DNA from: a virus
Taxonomy: Duplodnaviria; Caudoviricetes
Reading direction: 5' to 3' (one strand)
IMG/VR virus record: IMGVR_UViG_3300034658_000009
Coordinates: 1-55,935 of that record
DNA: 55,935 nt
A model generated the notes under the pieces. That model saw only the letters and a program-made list of their open reading frames with translations, did not search any database and had not been told where the DNA came from. Position 1 is the stretch's first letter. Every line of letters starts with the position of its first letter. The translations under genes were made by a program, and so were the position numbers. Shown here piece by piece: positions 8,201 through 14,402 of this stretch.

Positions 8201-10242
8201 TCGCCTGCTCTGTCGGCATTGTCGTTCAGGCTCTTGAACAGGCGCTTATCGCCATTCAATCGCTGACGCAGTGCATCCAGAACCTTCAGGCGATCCTGCA
8301 TCAAACTGACTTCCTGGGCGTCGTCACCGAACAGCCCGCCCTGATCGCCCTGGGATTGCGCGAAATCGGCGGCACGGATCTCGTTCACCAGCAATTGACG
8401 CTGGTATTCGGTTTCCGGTCGAACCTTCTGGAAGGCGTCAGCGGCAGCTTCCTGTTGATTCTGCTCGCTGAATGCGGAGCCGATAGCTGCGCCGTCCTTC
8501 TCCGTTACTTGGCCGGCGGCGACCATTCCGAACACATTGTCCGACAATCGCGAAAGCGACTCCCCGTCACGGACCACCTGACTGGACGGCAGGTTGAAAA
8601 TGTCCCGAACTTCGTTGGAGGGCGCCTCGCTATCCCGGAAAACCTTGGCCACATCCAGTGGTTCTGCTTTCCCGTCCGCAATATTGTTCATGGCGGCCTC
8701 AACGCGGGCCTGCTCCACACTTACGCCATCAGCCTCGTCAATCACCGTGGCGTTGATTTCACCCTGGTTCAGACGACGAGCCAGGTCTACCCGGTGATGG
8801 CCGTCAGCGACGTACAGGGAACCGTCTTCGCGGCGATGCAGCAATACACTGCCCGCCCGCTTGTCGTCCCAGCGCTTCACACCCTCAAGGCGCTTATCGA
8901 CACCCTGCTCATTGACGCGACTGCGGAACTGGTATTGCTCCGGGTCCACCTGGATCTGATCGACTGGGACGCGAAATACGCCGGTGCCGGATTCTGTCAG
9001 GGGCGAACCGTCATCGTTGGTTGTCTGCTGGTCTTCCGGAACACCCACAACTGGCGGCTCAACGGGCGATACTTCAGCGGCAGCCTCTGCGGGGCCGGTA
9101 TCAGCGGGCTGGTCAAATTGATCGAAAGCATTGCCGCCGGCTGTGGAGCCCTGCGCTGCAGCGCCTTCCTGTCCTGGCTCCGCATCCATGCGCGCGCCTT
9201 CACCAACAGATTCGCGGCCAGCAGTGCCCTGATCAGGTTTTGCAGTTGCAGCCTCATAGGTGGCGGTACCGCCACGCACAACACCACCAGTCGGGCCACC
9301 AACCAGCGCACCACCAGCAGCGCGCCGGCCTGCCATTGTCGGGTCGTAGCCTGCTTCGGTGCCAACAGACTCGCCGGCGTACTCAATGCCGCCTTCCTGC
9401 ACAGCCTCTGTCGTGGACTCTGTCGCTACAGCACGTCCAACAGCCCCAGGCACTTGCTTTGCACTGGTGACCGCCTTGCCGCCACCGGGCAGCAATTTAC
9501 CCAGGGCGAACCGGTCAAGCAGTACGGATGCGGCAGCGGTCGGGCCAGCCACAAGATAATCCTTGAGCTCTGGCATTCCGCCATTCTCGGCCAACTGTTC
9601 GGCCTCACGCTGGAGGTCTTCGGGAATCTCGGTGCCATTGGCAAAGTTATCAACAATTGCCTTCTGCAGTTCCGGGCTGGCGTTGCGGATATCGCCGCCG
9701 TCATTCTCTACTCGGGCCTCGCCGATCTCCTGCGTGCGCGAAGCCAGATACGCCGGCGTACTGATAATCAGTGCGGCCATGTCTGAGAGTGCGGCCGGCC
9801 CCTGCTCAGCTACCGCCCCTGCCAGGTTGCGCAGCGAGGGCTCGTCCAGGGCTTTATCAATAGTGAACTTCGGTTTGTAACCAAGGCTCTGGTCCTCGAT
9901 CTCCTGACCAGCATCAATCGCTCGTCTTGAGGACGCGTAGTCGTCTGGCAAGAATGGAAGTTTTGGGCGGCGCACTTCCAGACCGGTTACGTCCTTGAAC
10001 TTCTCGTTGCCCTTCTCGACGATATTGCCGACAAACTGAACGGCATTGCCAAGGAGGTCAAAGCCGCGCTCACCGGCGTTGCGCAGGGAGTTACTGAACA
10101 GCCCTGCATCATCATCGGTTTCGACGGGGGCCGATTGCTGGATTTCCGGCTGGACATCAAAAGCATCAAACGGATTTTCAGCAGGCTGCGCAGGTGACTC
10201 GCCACCCTGAACATCGAACCGATCAAAGGCGTTAGCCATCAA
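2212..10242 (-). CDS. Giant polyvalent virion/ejection protein (ParB-N, zincin-like, InPase, GNAT, JAB/RadC, LPD38-like)
   Basis: 2676 aa at the end of the ejection cluster; VADGHHR, IENPKGSTRSG...DGDNLDVFIG, MRGDGRGT...FYRRLGF, HNHPSG...SAAD. Confidence 0.85.
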   Translation of the reverse strand: MMANAFDRFDVQGGESPAQPAENPFDAFDVQPEIQQSAPVETDDDAGLFSNSLRNAGERGFDLLGNAVQFVGNIVEKGNEKFKDVTGLEVRRPKLPFLPDDYASSRRAIDAGQEIEDQSLGYKPKFTIDKALDEPSLRNLAGAVAEQGPAALSDMAALIISTPAYLASRTQEIGEARVENDGGDIRNASPELQKAIVDNFANGTEIPEDLQREAEQLAENGGMPELKDYLVAGPTAAASVLLDRFALGKLLPGGGKAVTSAKQVPGAVGRAVATESTTEAVQEGGIEYAGESVGTEAGYDPTMAGRRAAGGALVGGPTGGVVRGGTATYEAATAKPDQGTAGRESVGEGARMDAEPGQEGAAAQGSTAGGNAFDQFDQPADTGPAEAAAEVSPVEPPVVGVPEDQQTTNDDGSPLTESGTGVFRVPVDQIQVDPEQYQFRSRVNEQGVDKRLEGVKRWDDKRAGSVLLHRREDGSLYVADGHHRVDLARRLNQGEINATVIDEADGVSVEQARVEAAMNNIADGKAEPLDVAKVFRDSEAPSNEVRDIFNLPSSQVVRDGESLSRLSDNVFGMVAAGQVTEKDGAAIGSAFSEQNQQEAAADAFQKVRPETEYQRQLLVNEIRAADFAQSQGDQGGLFGDDAQEVSLMQDRLKVLDALRQRLNGDKRLFKSLNDNADRAGEVGNQIATEANDTITKQSARSLDLIGRVTTTPALNEMVNRAARRVYDGENRSKVVTELKQELMSYEQGADAEVSGERGQTQGRRATTETRQEPRDSEPVPEQDAAGEDQGGQPESGQQEEVTAEQSAAQQVIDNLNDLNPQLNGVLRIEFLTAEEMAQRPTSGGYVSKAGQNGAVINLRDDAGPIEALEEARHMVDMLLGNREMSKWLKEDKALRDEVLAFLKERKEAGDLAPEANFANEEEIVQAFLDQYFRNPGLVESRFPEVFQFLEAMGAAKYREALQPLYDALAESQGKSDKSKTAPTLDLEAQTEEQLAEQARTREESEQAESDQRRQEQQRTEADSQVDGFALTGSDRTADVAMAAGQDDMFVSTPASRQVEQAGTETDTNPTDGQKEAGNYRKGRVRVQGLDIAIENPKGSTRSGTDPDGNRWESTMAHHYGDIKGTTAADGDNLDVFIGPHPEIDQVFVIDQPNADGTFDEHKVMLGFANEADARQGYLDNYEDGWTVGPTTRMSMDDFKAWMRGGDTTKPLAESGTTQQSAPEESESGSQYSRVGEQEADYDSIQGVRANWSRAGIQHSIRERNSVITVDKIVVPEGMRGDGRGTEAMKLLLDYADRTGQTVALSPSTDFGGRKFRLKRFYRRLGFVENQGGSRNFEISESMLREPKPVDGGQQPAQDGVEGRRSAYRANPNQGDLFTDMESLDQLEQVDAYDNLEVRPDTTQAQRRAGRSALRDFFRQLNARLDRQGQLPADGSGVSLLGAAIYKNFKEGKPNQLIGQTVRSPRDLAALAQVYRDPRFETFRFILTRNGEVISEQAITSRLPAAVSFQNIDGTISDLKKSMTNMSADGYYMLHNHPSGKSVPSAADFAFTDKISREVPGFVQHVVIDTNEYSVIGGKNEGFETIQDATLGSTDFWGNPELPHDVLGTKITSPETLGKIAKTLQQPDRAVFVSTTAKGKVALVTSFPGKTIRSMMNRTAISKRQKEMAAMVRRLRRASGSGGNGFLIVNSEAEAKSLINLMSAGVVRDIIAPNGFSLASEKPRAFRQDVMEALPKKTMRVSEDSDGYDAGRDNNLPPNVKFNGPGIPDLDPQPFGPPSNTLTRYLISKIADKHTVLKGVQKSIQDQFGEIPDPANAYRAEELFHGKVENDIRLIQENMVEPLAKAMSENDVSLKQLDEFLYALHAPERNRVIAERNPEIPEGGSGMTDSEAAAVIAKAEKEGNLKQYQALAKRVHDMLAMRRKILKSAGLEDADTIGAWEESYKNYVPLKGWAADEQQPGMPRAGKGFAIAGKESQMAAGRKSKAASPLANTISDLSEAVLRRRKNEVGQSFMNLVQAYPNDNYWRIYTDENPEVERKAVRVKDPATGKMKVEVREQTIPMAMMSDRYFTTKVDGKTHYIKIEDQRLMNAMRNIGPDNSNLLIRSLAAVTRVMSSLNTSYNPEFVISNFSRDIQTALLNLTSEQSSEDGKARGKKIAAKTLKDVATSIRAINASLKGNKKDGKLGQWQAHFDQFRADGAKTGWFDMKDIDGQMKDLEKMIAVAGGGATNTLRRAFKITTDWVENTNSAIENGVRLSAYVNAIEAGIPRSQAASLAKNMTVNFNRKGELGTTMNALYMFANASVQGTANFVRTLGRLNGVKGDPMWRRMHTAQKIAVGMAVGGFALSMLNRLVAGEDDDEVNWWDKVPDYIKERNIVIMKSLVGGEPGEYWTIPLPYGYNIFPVIGTSMEHMAFSDKSAGDITGSVVLAALGSFSPIGFEESQEAYGVIAKNIMPTILRPVASISLNENFMGGPIYKENFPFGTQKPDSALYFRSTPEVFKGLAEGLNDATGGSEFRSGAVDLSPDVMQFLVGYYGGGAYDFFTSRTPNAVIKAVSGVEMEDREIPFVRKLTGNVLPYEDQSIFYDRRNEIQQLVSERENLKGRERIEFIKDYRNKLRLQGVMKSTEDRLKMLRKQRDRIEAMDLSAAEEDEKLQRVEKQMKRSIDQFNKRYNESED

Positions 10243-11534
10243 ATGCCCTCCGGGAGGTATCCGTATTTCGCGCGGAACTGTTCAGCCAGCCCCGGATTGT
10301 TACGCAGATGCTCAACAGCGGCAGGTGGTGCAGCCTGCGGCTGCTCGCCGCCAGCATCCCGATTCACGCGCCCACTGATACTACCATCCTCTTGCGGTAC
10401 CCCGGTGCCATCGCGCGGCAGCGTCTCGGCCTGTGCGTCGATAAGCTCAAGGCCCTGCGGTGCAGGCTGCCCGTCTTGCCCTGACTCGCCGGTACCGCGA
10501 GTGCGCGAGCGAATCATCTGCAGCGTCTCGATTGCCTGTTCGCGCATCTGTTCCGGCGCCCGGTAGTTCTCGTCACCCGGGAATACACCAGAAGATTCCT
10601 GGAACTTCATTTCCTGGGTGACAAAGTCATTCACGAAACGTGCGGGATCGGTGCGGCTCTCGTTGACGCGATTGAATGCCACGTCGAGGTTCGGCGCCAT
10701 GCCGTTCTCAACCATCCATTCAGCGGTCTGCACGTCAGCAGGCGCTTTGCCGGATCCGCGCTCACCTCTTTGCTCCGGCGTCCGGAAGTCACCCATAGCC
10801 TCGCCGGTTTCGGGGTTGACCAGTTGACCGTTAATATTGATGCCCTTAACCGGCTCCTGAGTCTTGCCAGTTAGCATCGAATACAACCTGGCCGCATTCT
10901 CACTGGCGCCATTGGTGTTGATGACGTTTCTCAGAACGCGATAGCCCTGCGCGGTATTGACCAGGCTTTCAACCGGCACTTCCCGGATCTCGTCATCCTC
11001 GCCGGCCACGCCACGATTGCGAGTCATAGGTGCGCGGTATCGGGTGCCGTCCTCGCCCTCCACATCCAGCTCAAAGGCCATCGTGCCCTCGGTGCGCCCG
11101 GGCAGCCCTGCGGCAATGCGCTTTCGGCCACCCTTGCCTCGGTTAATCATCGGCTCGAACATGGTGTTGATCGCGTACAGCCCTTCGTCGCTGTTCAGAT
11201 CCAGATCATCGCTCGGATCAATGACGCGCTGTGCGGTTTCCAGCGCCTTATCGACTTCGGGATTCAGGACGGCCAGATACTGCGGCTTGTTTTGCAGCCA
11301 CTGCAGTTCCTCGTCGGCCAGGTCCATGCCGTTCGCAATCTTGCCAAACACGAACTTGGCGGTTTCCTGATCCTGCTGCTGCTCAAGTTGCCCCTTCTTC
11401 ATCTCGAAGGTTTCTTCCTGCATATCCAGCCGACGGTCGGCCCGATCACCCTGCTCTTGCCGGGTGTAATAGTTATCAGCCAAGCCAAACCCTTGAGCAA
11501 AGCCAGACGCCAGTCCTCGTGTATCCAGTGCCAT
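10239..11534 (-). CDS. Putative ejection (internal virion) protein
   Basis: 431 aa; N-terminal GLASGFAQGFG; position in the ejection cluster. Confidence 0.65.
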   Translation of the reverse strand: MALDTRGLASGFAQGFGLADNYYTRQEQGDRADRRLDMQEETFEMKKGQLEQQQDQETAKFVFGKIANGMDLADEELQWLQNKPQYLAVLNPEVDKALETAQRVIDPSDDLDLNSDEGLYAINTMFEPMINRGKGGRKRIAAGLPGRTEGTMAFELDVEGEDGTRYRAPMTRNRGVAGEDDEIREVPVESLVNTAQGYRVLRNVINTNGASENAARLYSMLTGKTQEPVKGININGQLVNPETGEAMGDFRTPEQRGERGSGKAPADVQTAEWMVENGMAPNLDVAFNRVNESRTDPARFVNDFVTQEMKFQESSGVFPGDENYRAPEQMREQAIETLQMIRSRTRGTGESGQDGQPAPQGLELIDAQAETLPRDGTGVPQEDGSISGRVNRDAGGEQPQAAPPAAVEHLRNNPGLAEQFRAKYGYLPEGI

Positions 11535-11546
11535 GATTCTGCCCTC

Positions 11547-11786
11547 TTAAAAGATTTCGGAGGCGATGAAGCCAACGGCCGCGCCGATGGGTGCACCAAC
11601 GGGGCCGCCGGCCATCATGCCAATGCCTGCCCCGGTGCCAATGGCGCTCATCTTCTGCGTGTTCTCGGCCTGATCCATCGCTTCCTCCGCTCGCTTGGCC
11701 TGCCGCTGCTGTCCGGCCAGGTCACCAATGCCCTGCATGGCCTCGCCTTCCATCTGTTTGCGCAATCCTAGAAGTCCGTAGCTCAT
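11547..11786 (-). CDS. Small glycine-zipper virion protein
   Basis: GTGAGIGMMAGGPVGAPIGAAVG. Confidence 0.7.
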   Translation of the reverse strand: MSYGLLGLRKQMEGEAMQGIGDLAGQQRQAKRAEEAMDQAENTQKMSAIGTGAGIGMMAGGPVGAPIGAAVGFIASEIF

Positions 11787-12268
11787 TGGTTCATCACTCG
11801 ATCTGGAATGTTGGACAAGCCCATGCCGCCTGCGAGAATCGCCTGCTGACGGTCGAGGGCTGAAATGCGGGCCTCGTTGCCTGCGGTGGCCATGGCGGCG
11901 GTTCGGCCTACGCTGGTGGCGCGTTGCTGTGCCGCCTGTTGTTCCGGGCTGAGATTCACGCCATACCGCTCACGGTTCTGGTCGTTGACGGTGGTGGCGG
12001 TATCGAACGCCAAACCAACGCTCGACTTGGCCTGAGTAGCCGCATCCTGTGCCGCATTGGGGTCCGTGGCGTAGTCGGCCAGTTTCGTAATGTATGGCGC
12101 AAACCGGGCTTTCCAGTCCTCCCATTGAGCGCGGGAGAGTTGGCCGAGCAGTTCGGATGCGCCCTGGTTGCCCTGAAAGGCTTGATTCGGGTTGATGAAG
12201 TTGTCCGGGTTGTTCTGGTCGAACTGTTGATTCTCAAAGTTGTATAAGGCGTCCTGCATAATGTTCAT
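11783..12268 (-). CDS. Putative ejection protein
   Basis: Q/A-rich, 161 aa; ATGA-coupled to neighbours; GGAGG RBS. Confidence 0.65.
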   Translation of the reverse strand: MNIMQDALYNFENQQFDQNNPDNFINPNQAFQGNQGASELLGQLSRAQWEDWKARFAPYITKLADYATDPNAAQDAATQAKSSVGLAFDTATTVNDQNRERYGVNLSPEQQAAQQRATSVGRTAAMATAGNEARISALDRQQAILAGGMGLSNIPDRVMNQ

Positions 12269-12942
12269 GAGTAACCTCCTGTGAAGTCGTAGAAGCCACC
12301 GGAGCTGTCATCGAGGCCGAAGTTGTTGGGCTGCGCGTTGAAGTCGGTATTCATGCCGTAGCCTTCGGTTGAGGGCGCATTCATCCCCTCCATCCCGTAC
12401 CGCGTCCCTGCCCCGGCCACGGTGCCGATCAGTTGCAGGTTGGCACTGCGCCGGTTGAAGGCTTGCTGTGCGTCATTGATGGCATCGGCAGAAGACTCCT
12501 GCGCCATGCGGGAGAGTCCTGCCTGTGCGCGGCCTGATTGCCCCTGGCCAATAGCGGTAATGTTCTGCAGGCCCATCACCTTCTGGTTGTCCTGTTCGAA
12601 CTGCGCACGCCCCAGGTTCTCGCCCCCGGCCTCGGCAATGTCCAGTGCCAGTCCGGTCTGGTCGCCTTGGAATCGTCCGCTGCTGGGGTTGATGCCGGCT
12701 CGGCCCAGCCCTCGGGACAGATCGCCCTGCGCCTGAGATTGCGCTTGCGTCTGGGCCTGCATGGTCCGGCCCCGGATGTAGGACATTTTGCCCTCGGAAT
12801 CCATGGCATCGACGGACGCCATGTACTCATCTTCCAGAGGGGCAAGATTCTCTTGCGCAAAGTTCCACTTTTCAGCAGCTACTTGCGCCAGATACCTCTG
12901 CTCTGGAGTATCTTTTACCTTGTTGTCGCCGCCGCCGCTCAT
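12265..12942 (-). CDS. Putative ejection protein
   Basis: MSGGG start typical of podovirus internal proteins; Q/A/G-rich. Confidence 0.65.
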   Translation of the reverse strand: MSGGGDNKVKDTPEQRYLAQVAAEKWNFAQENLAPLEDEYMASVDAMDSEGKMSYIRGRTMQAQTQAQSQAQGDLSRGLGRAGINPSSGRFQGDQTGLALDIAEAGGENLGRAQFEQDNQKVMGLQNITAIGQGQSGRAQAGLSRMAQESSADAINDAQQAFNRRSANLQLIGTVAGAGTRYGMEGMNAPSTEGYGMNTDFNAQPNNFGLDDSSGGFYDFTGGYS

Positions 12943-13343
12943 AATGGCAATCTCCTGATGTAATGGCTGCCGTTTCGGGTCCAGTCTTTGAATAGCCGGC
13001 GATACCCGGGCCGTGGGGAGTCAATCTCGACTTGCTGCGCCCCAATGTCTCGGGCCAGCGATTCAATCTTCGGGAGGTATTTGCCGATCAGGCCGGTGCC
13101 TTTGCCATACGCCACCCATACCAACACGCTAGGCACTTGCCTATAAACGGGGAGCAGAATGAAAAATCCTTCGGGAACGAAAAATAGGAAGGCTTCGGAG
13201 CGGCATAACCGGCGGAAGATTTGTTCGGGGTCGTCAATGCCGGCCTTGGCCCGGACGGCCTCAATGCCCTCGGCAATGTCTCCCCAAACAATGGGAATGT
13301 TGTGGGACAGTATGGGCCGGATTGCCTCGTCAGTGTTCGGCAT
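12939..13343 (-). CDS. GNAT-like virion assembly protein (positional analogue of T7 gp13/P22 gp14)
   Basis: LVWVAYG...SPRPGY; lies just before the ejection genes. Confidence 0.5.
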   Translation of the reverse strand: MPNTDEAIRPILSHNIPIVWGDIAEGIEAVRAKAGIDDPEQIFRRLCRSEAFLFFVPEGFFILLPVYRQVPSVLVWVAYGKGTGLIGKYLPKIESLARDIGAQQVEIDSPRPGYRRLFKDWTRNGSHYIRRLPL

Positions 13344-13623
13344 AGAGTTGCCCTAGTTTCTGATTCCGCGCAATGATTTTATCATTATCATGAGCTTTCA
13401 GCACTGAAATAGCGTAAATAACGTCCGATTGGAAGCTGCGCCGACAGTGGTCCTGCTGCCAGAAAAAGATCCGGTTAATGATCTTGTACCCGGTGCGCCA
13501 GCGCGGCTGATCCCGGTTTATGAAGCAGCGGGCCGAGACGGTCATATCCGGGCTGCCGGACAGCACGGCACAGTTAATTCCCTGGGACAGCCATGTAGCG
13601 ATCCCACCAATCCAGTCGCGCAT
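13330..13623 (-). CDS. Conserved phage protein (DMTVSAR...INRIFFWQQDHC type)
   Basis: ATG 13623 with GAGGG RBS; motif is common next to tail-fibre genes. Confidence 0.6.
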   Translation of the reverse strand: MRDWIGGIATWLSQGINCAVLSGSPDMTVSARCFINRDQPRWRTGYKIINRIFFWQQDHCRRSFQSDVIYAISVLKAHDNDKIIARNQKLGQLYAEH

Positions 13624-13633
13624 CGGGTAGCCC

Positions 13634-14020
13634 TCAGTTGAGCCAGAAAGAAAGGTCGGACAACTGCGCCGGGGTCGGCTTCGGGTCCATGAAATTGAAC
13701 TGCTCGGCCTTGACGTGCAGAACGGCACCGCGAACAGCCCGGTTGGTCTGCACTTCGGCGTAAATCTGCTCAAGCTCGGCCTTGGTGACCGGCAGATAGG
13801 AATTGTCCGCCCGCTTCCAGGTCAGTTTCCCTGCCTGCAATGTCGGCAGATTGTCGAACTGCTCAATGGAGCCAGCCATCCGGGCTTCACTGCGCTCGTC
13901 GGCGTCGAACACTCCGAAAGACGTGGGCACCGGGGAGATCTCATGGGTGTCTCGCCATTCGCGGATCTGCGCCCACGTTGCCGGTCGGTTGTCCGGATTA
14001 AGCTGGAATGACCGCTTCAA
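13634..14020 (-). CDS. DUF4376-like tail-fibre-associated protein
   Basis: FDADERSEARM...WKRADNSYLPVT pattern. Confidence 0.7.
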   Translation of the reverse strand: MKRSFQLNPDNRPATWAQIREWRDTHEISPVPTSFGVFDADERSEARMAGSIEQFDNLPTLQAGKLTWKRADNSYLPVTKAELEQIYAEVQTNRAVRGAVLHVKAEQFNFMDPKPTPAQLSDLSFWLN

Positions 14021-14402
14021 TGGTCACCTCCTGATCCAGATAAGGAATGGCTGAGAATCGCAGGGTGTAAGTGCCGGCAAGATCAACCGAGAATCGCACC
14101 TCACCATCGGTCACTTCGTCGGTCTGACCATCTGGCCACTCAACGCTGGTGCCCGTCGGGACGTTGCCGATCACGCACTCGTCTACGCCGTCGGCGGTGA
14201 TCTGTGGATTGGTCGCTTGCAGGCTGAAAGGTTGCTTCGGGACCACCTGGCCGTCGCTGACGTAGGCTGTCGAATCGTCCAGATCGTCCTGTATAACAAT
14301 AACCTGCTCGCTTCCTTGCGGCTGCAGAAGCGCCTCGTATTCTGGCCCGGAATAAATTGAATCAATCCTCCCATCTGGCGTATAAATTGCCCATCGGCTC
14401 AT
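13998..14402 (-). CDS. Tail fibre assembly/accessory protein
   Basis: Directly downstream of the tail fibre; ITADGVDECVI...AGTYTL. Confidence 0.6.
   Translation of the reverse strand: MSRWAIYTPDGRIDSIYSGPEYEALLQPQGSEQVIVIQDDLDDSTAYVSDGQVVPKQPFSLQATNPQITADGVDECVIGNVPTGTSVEWPDGQTDEVTDGEVRFSVDLAGTYTLRFSAIPYLDQEVTIEAVIPA

Noticed and set aside
7813-9786. 657-aa antisense ORF inside the giant gene
   Set aside because: TTG start, no RBS, no recognisable motifs; best explained as a codon-bias shadow of the minus-strand gene
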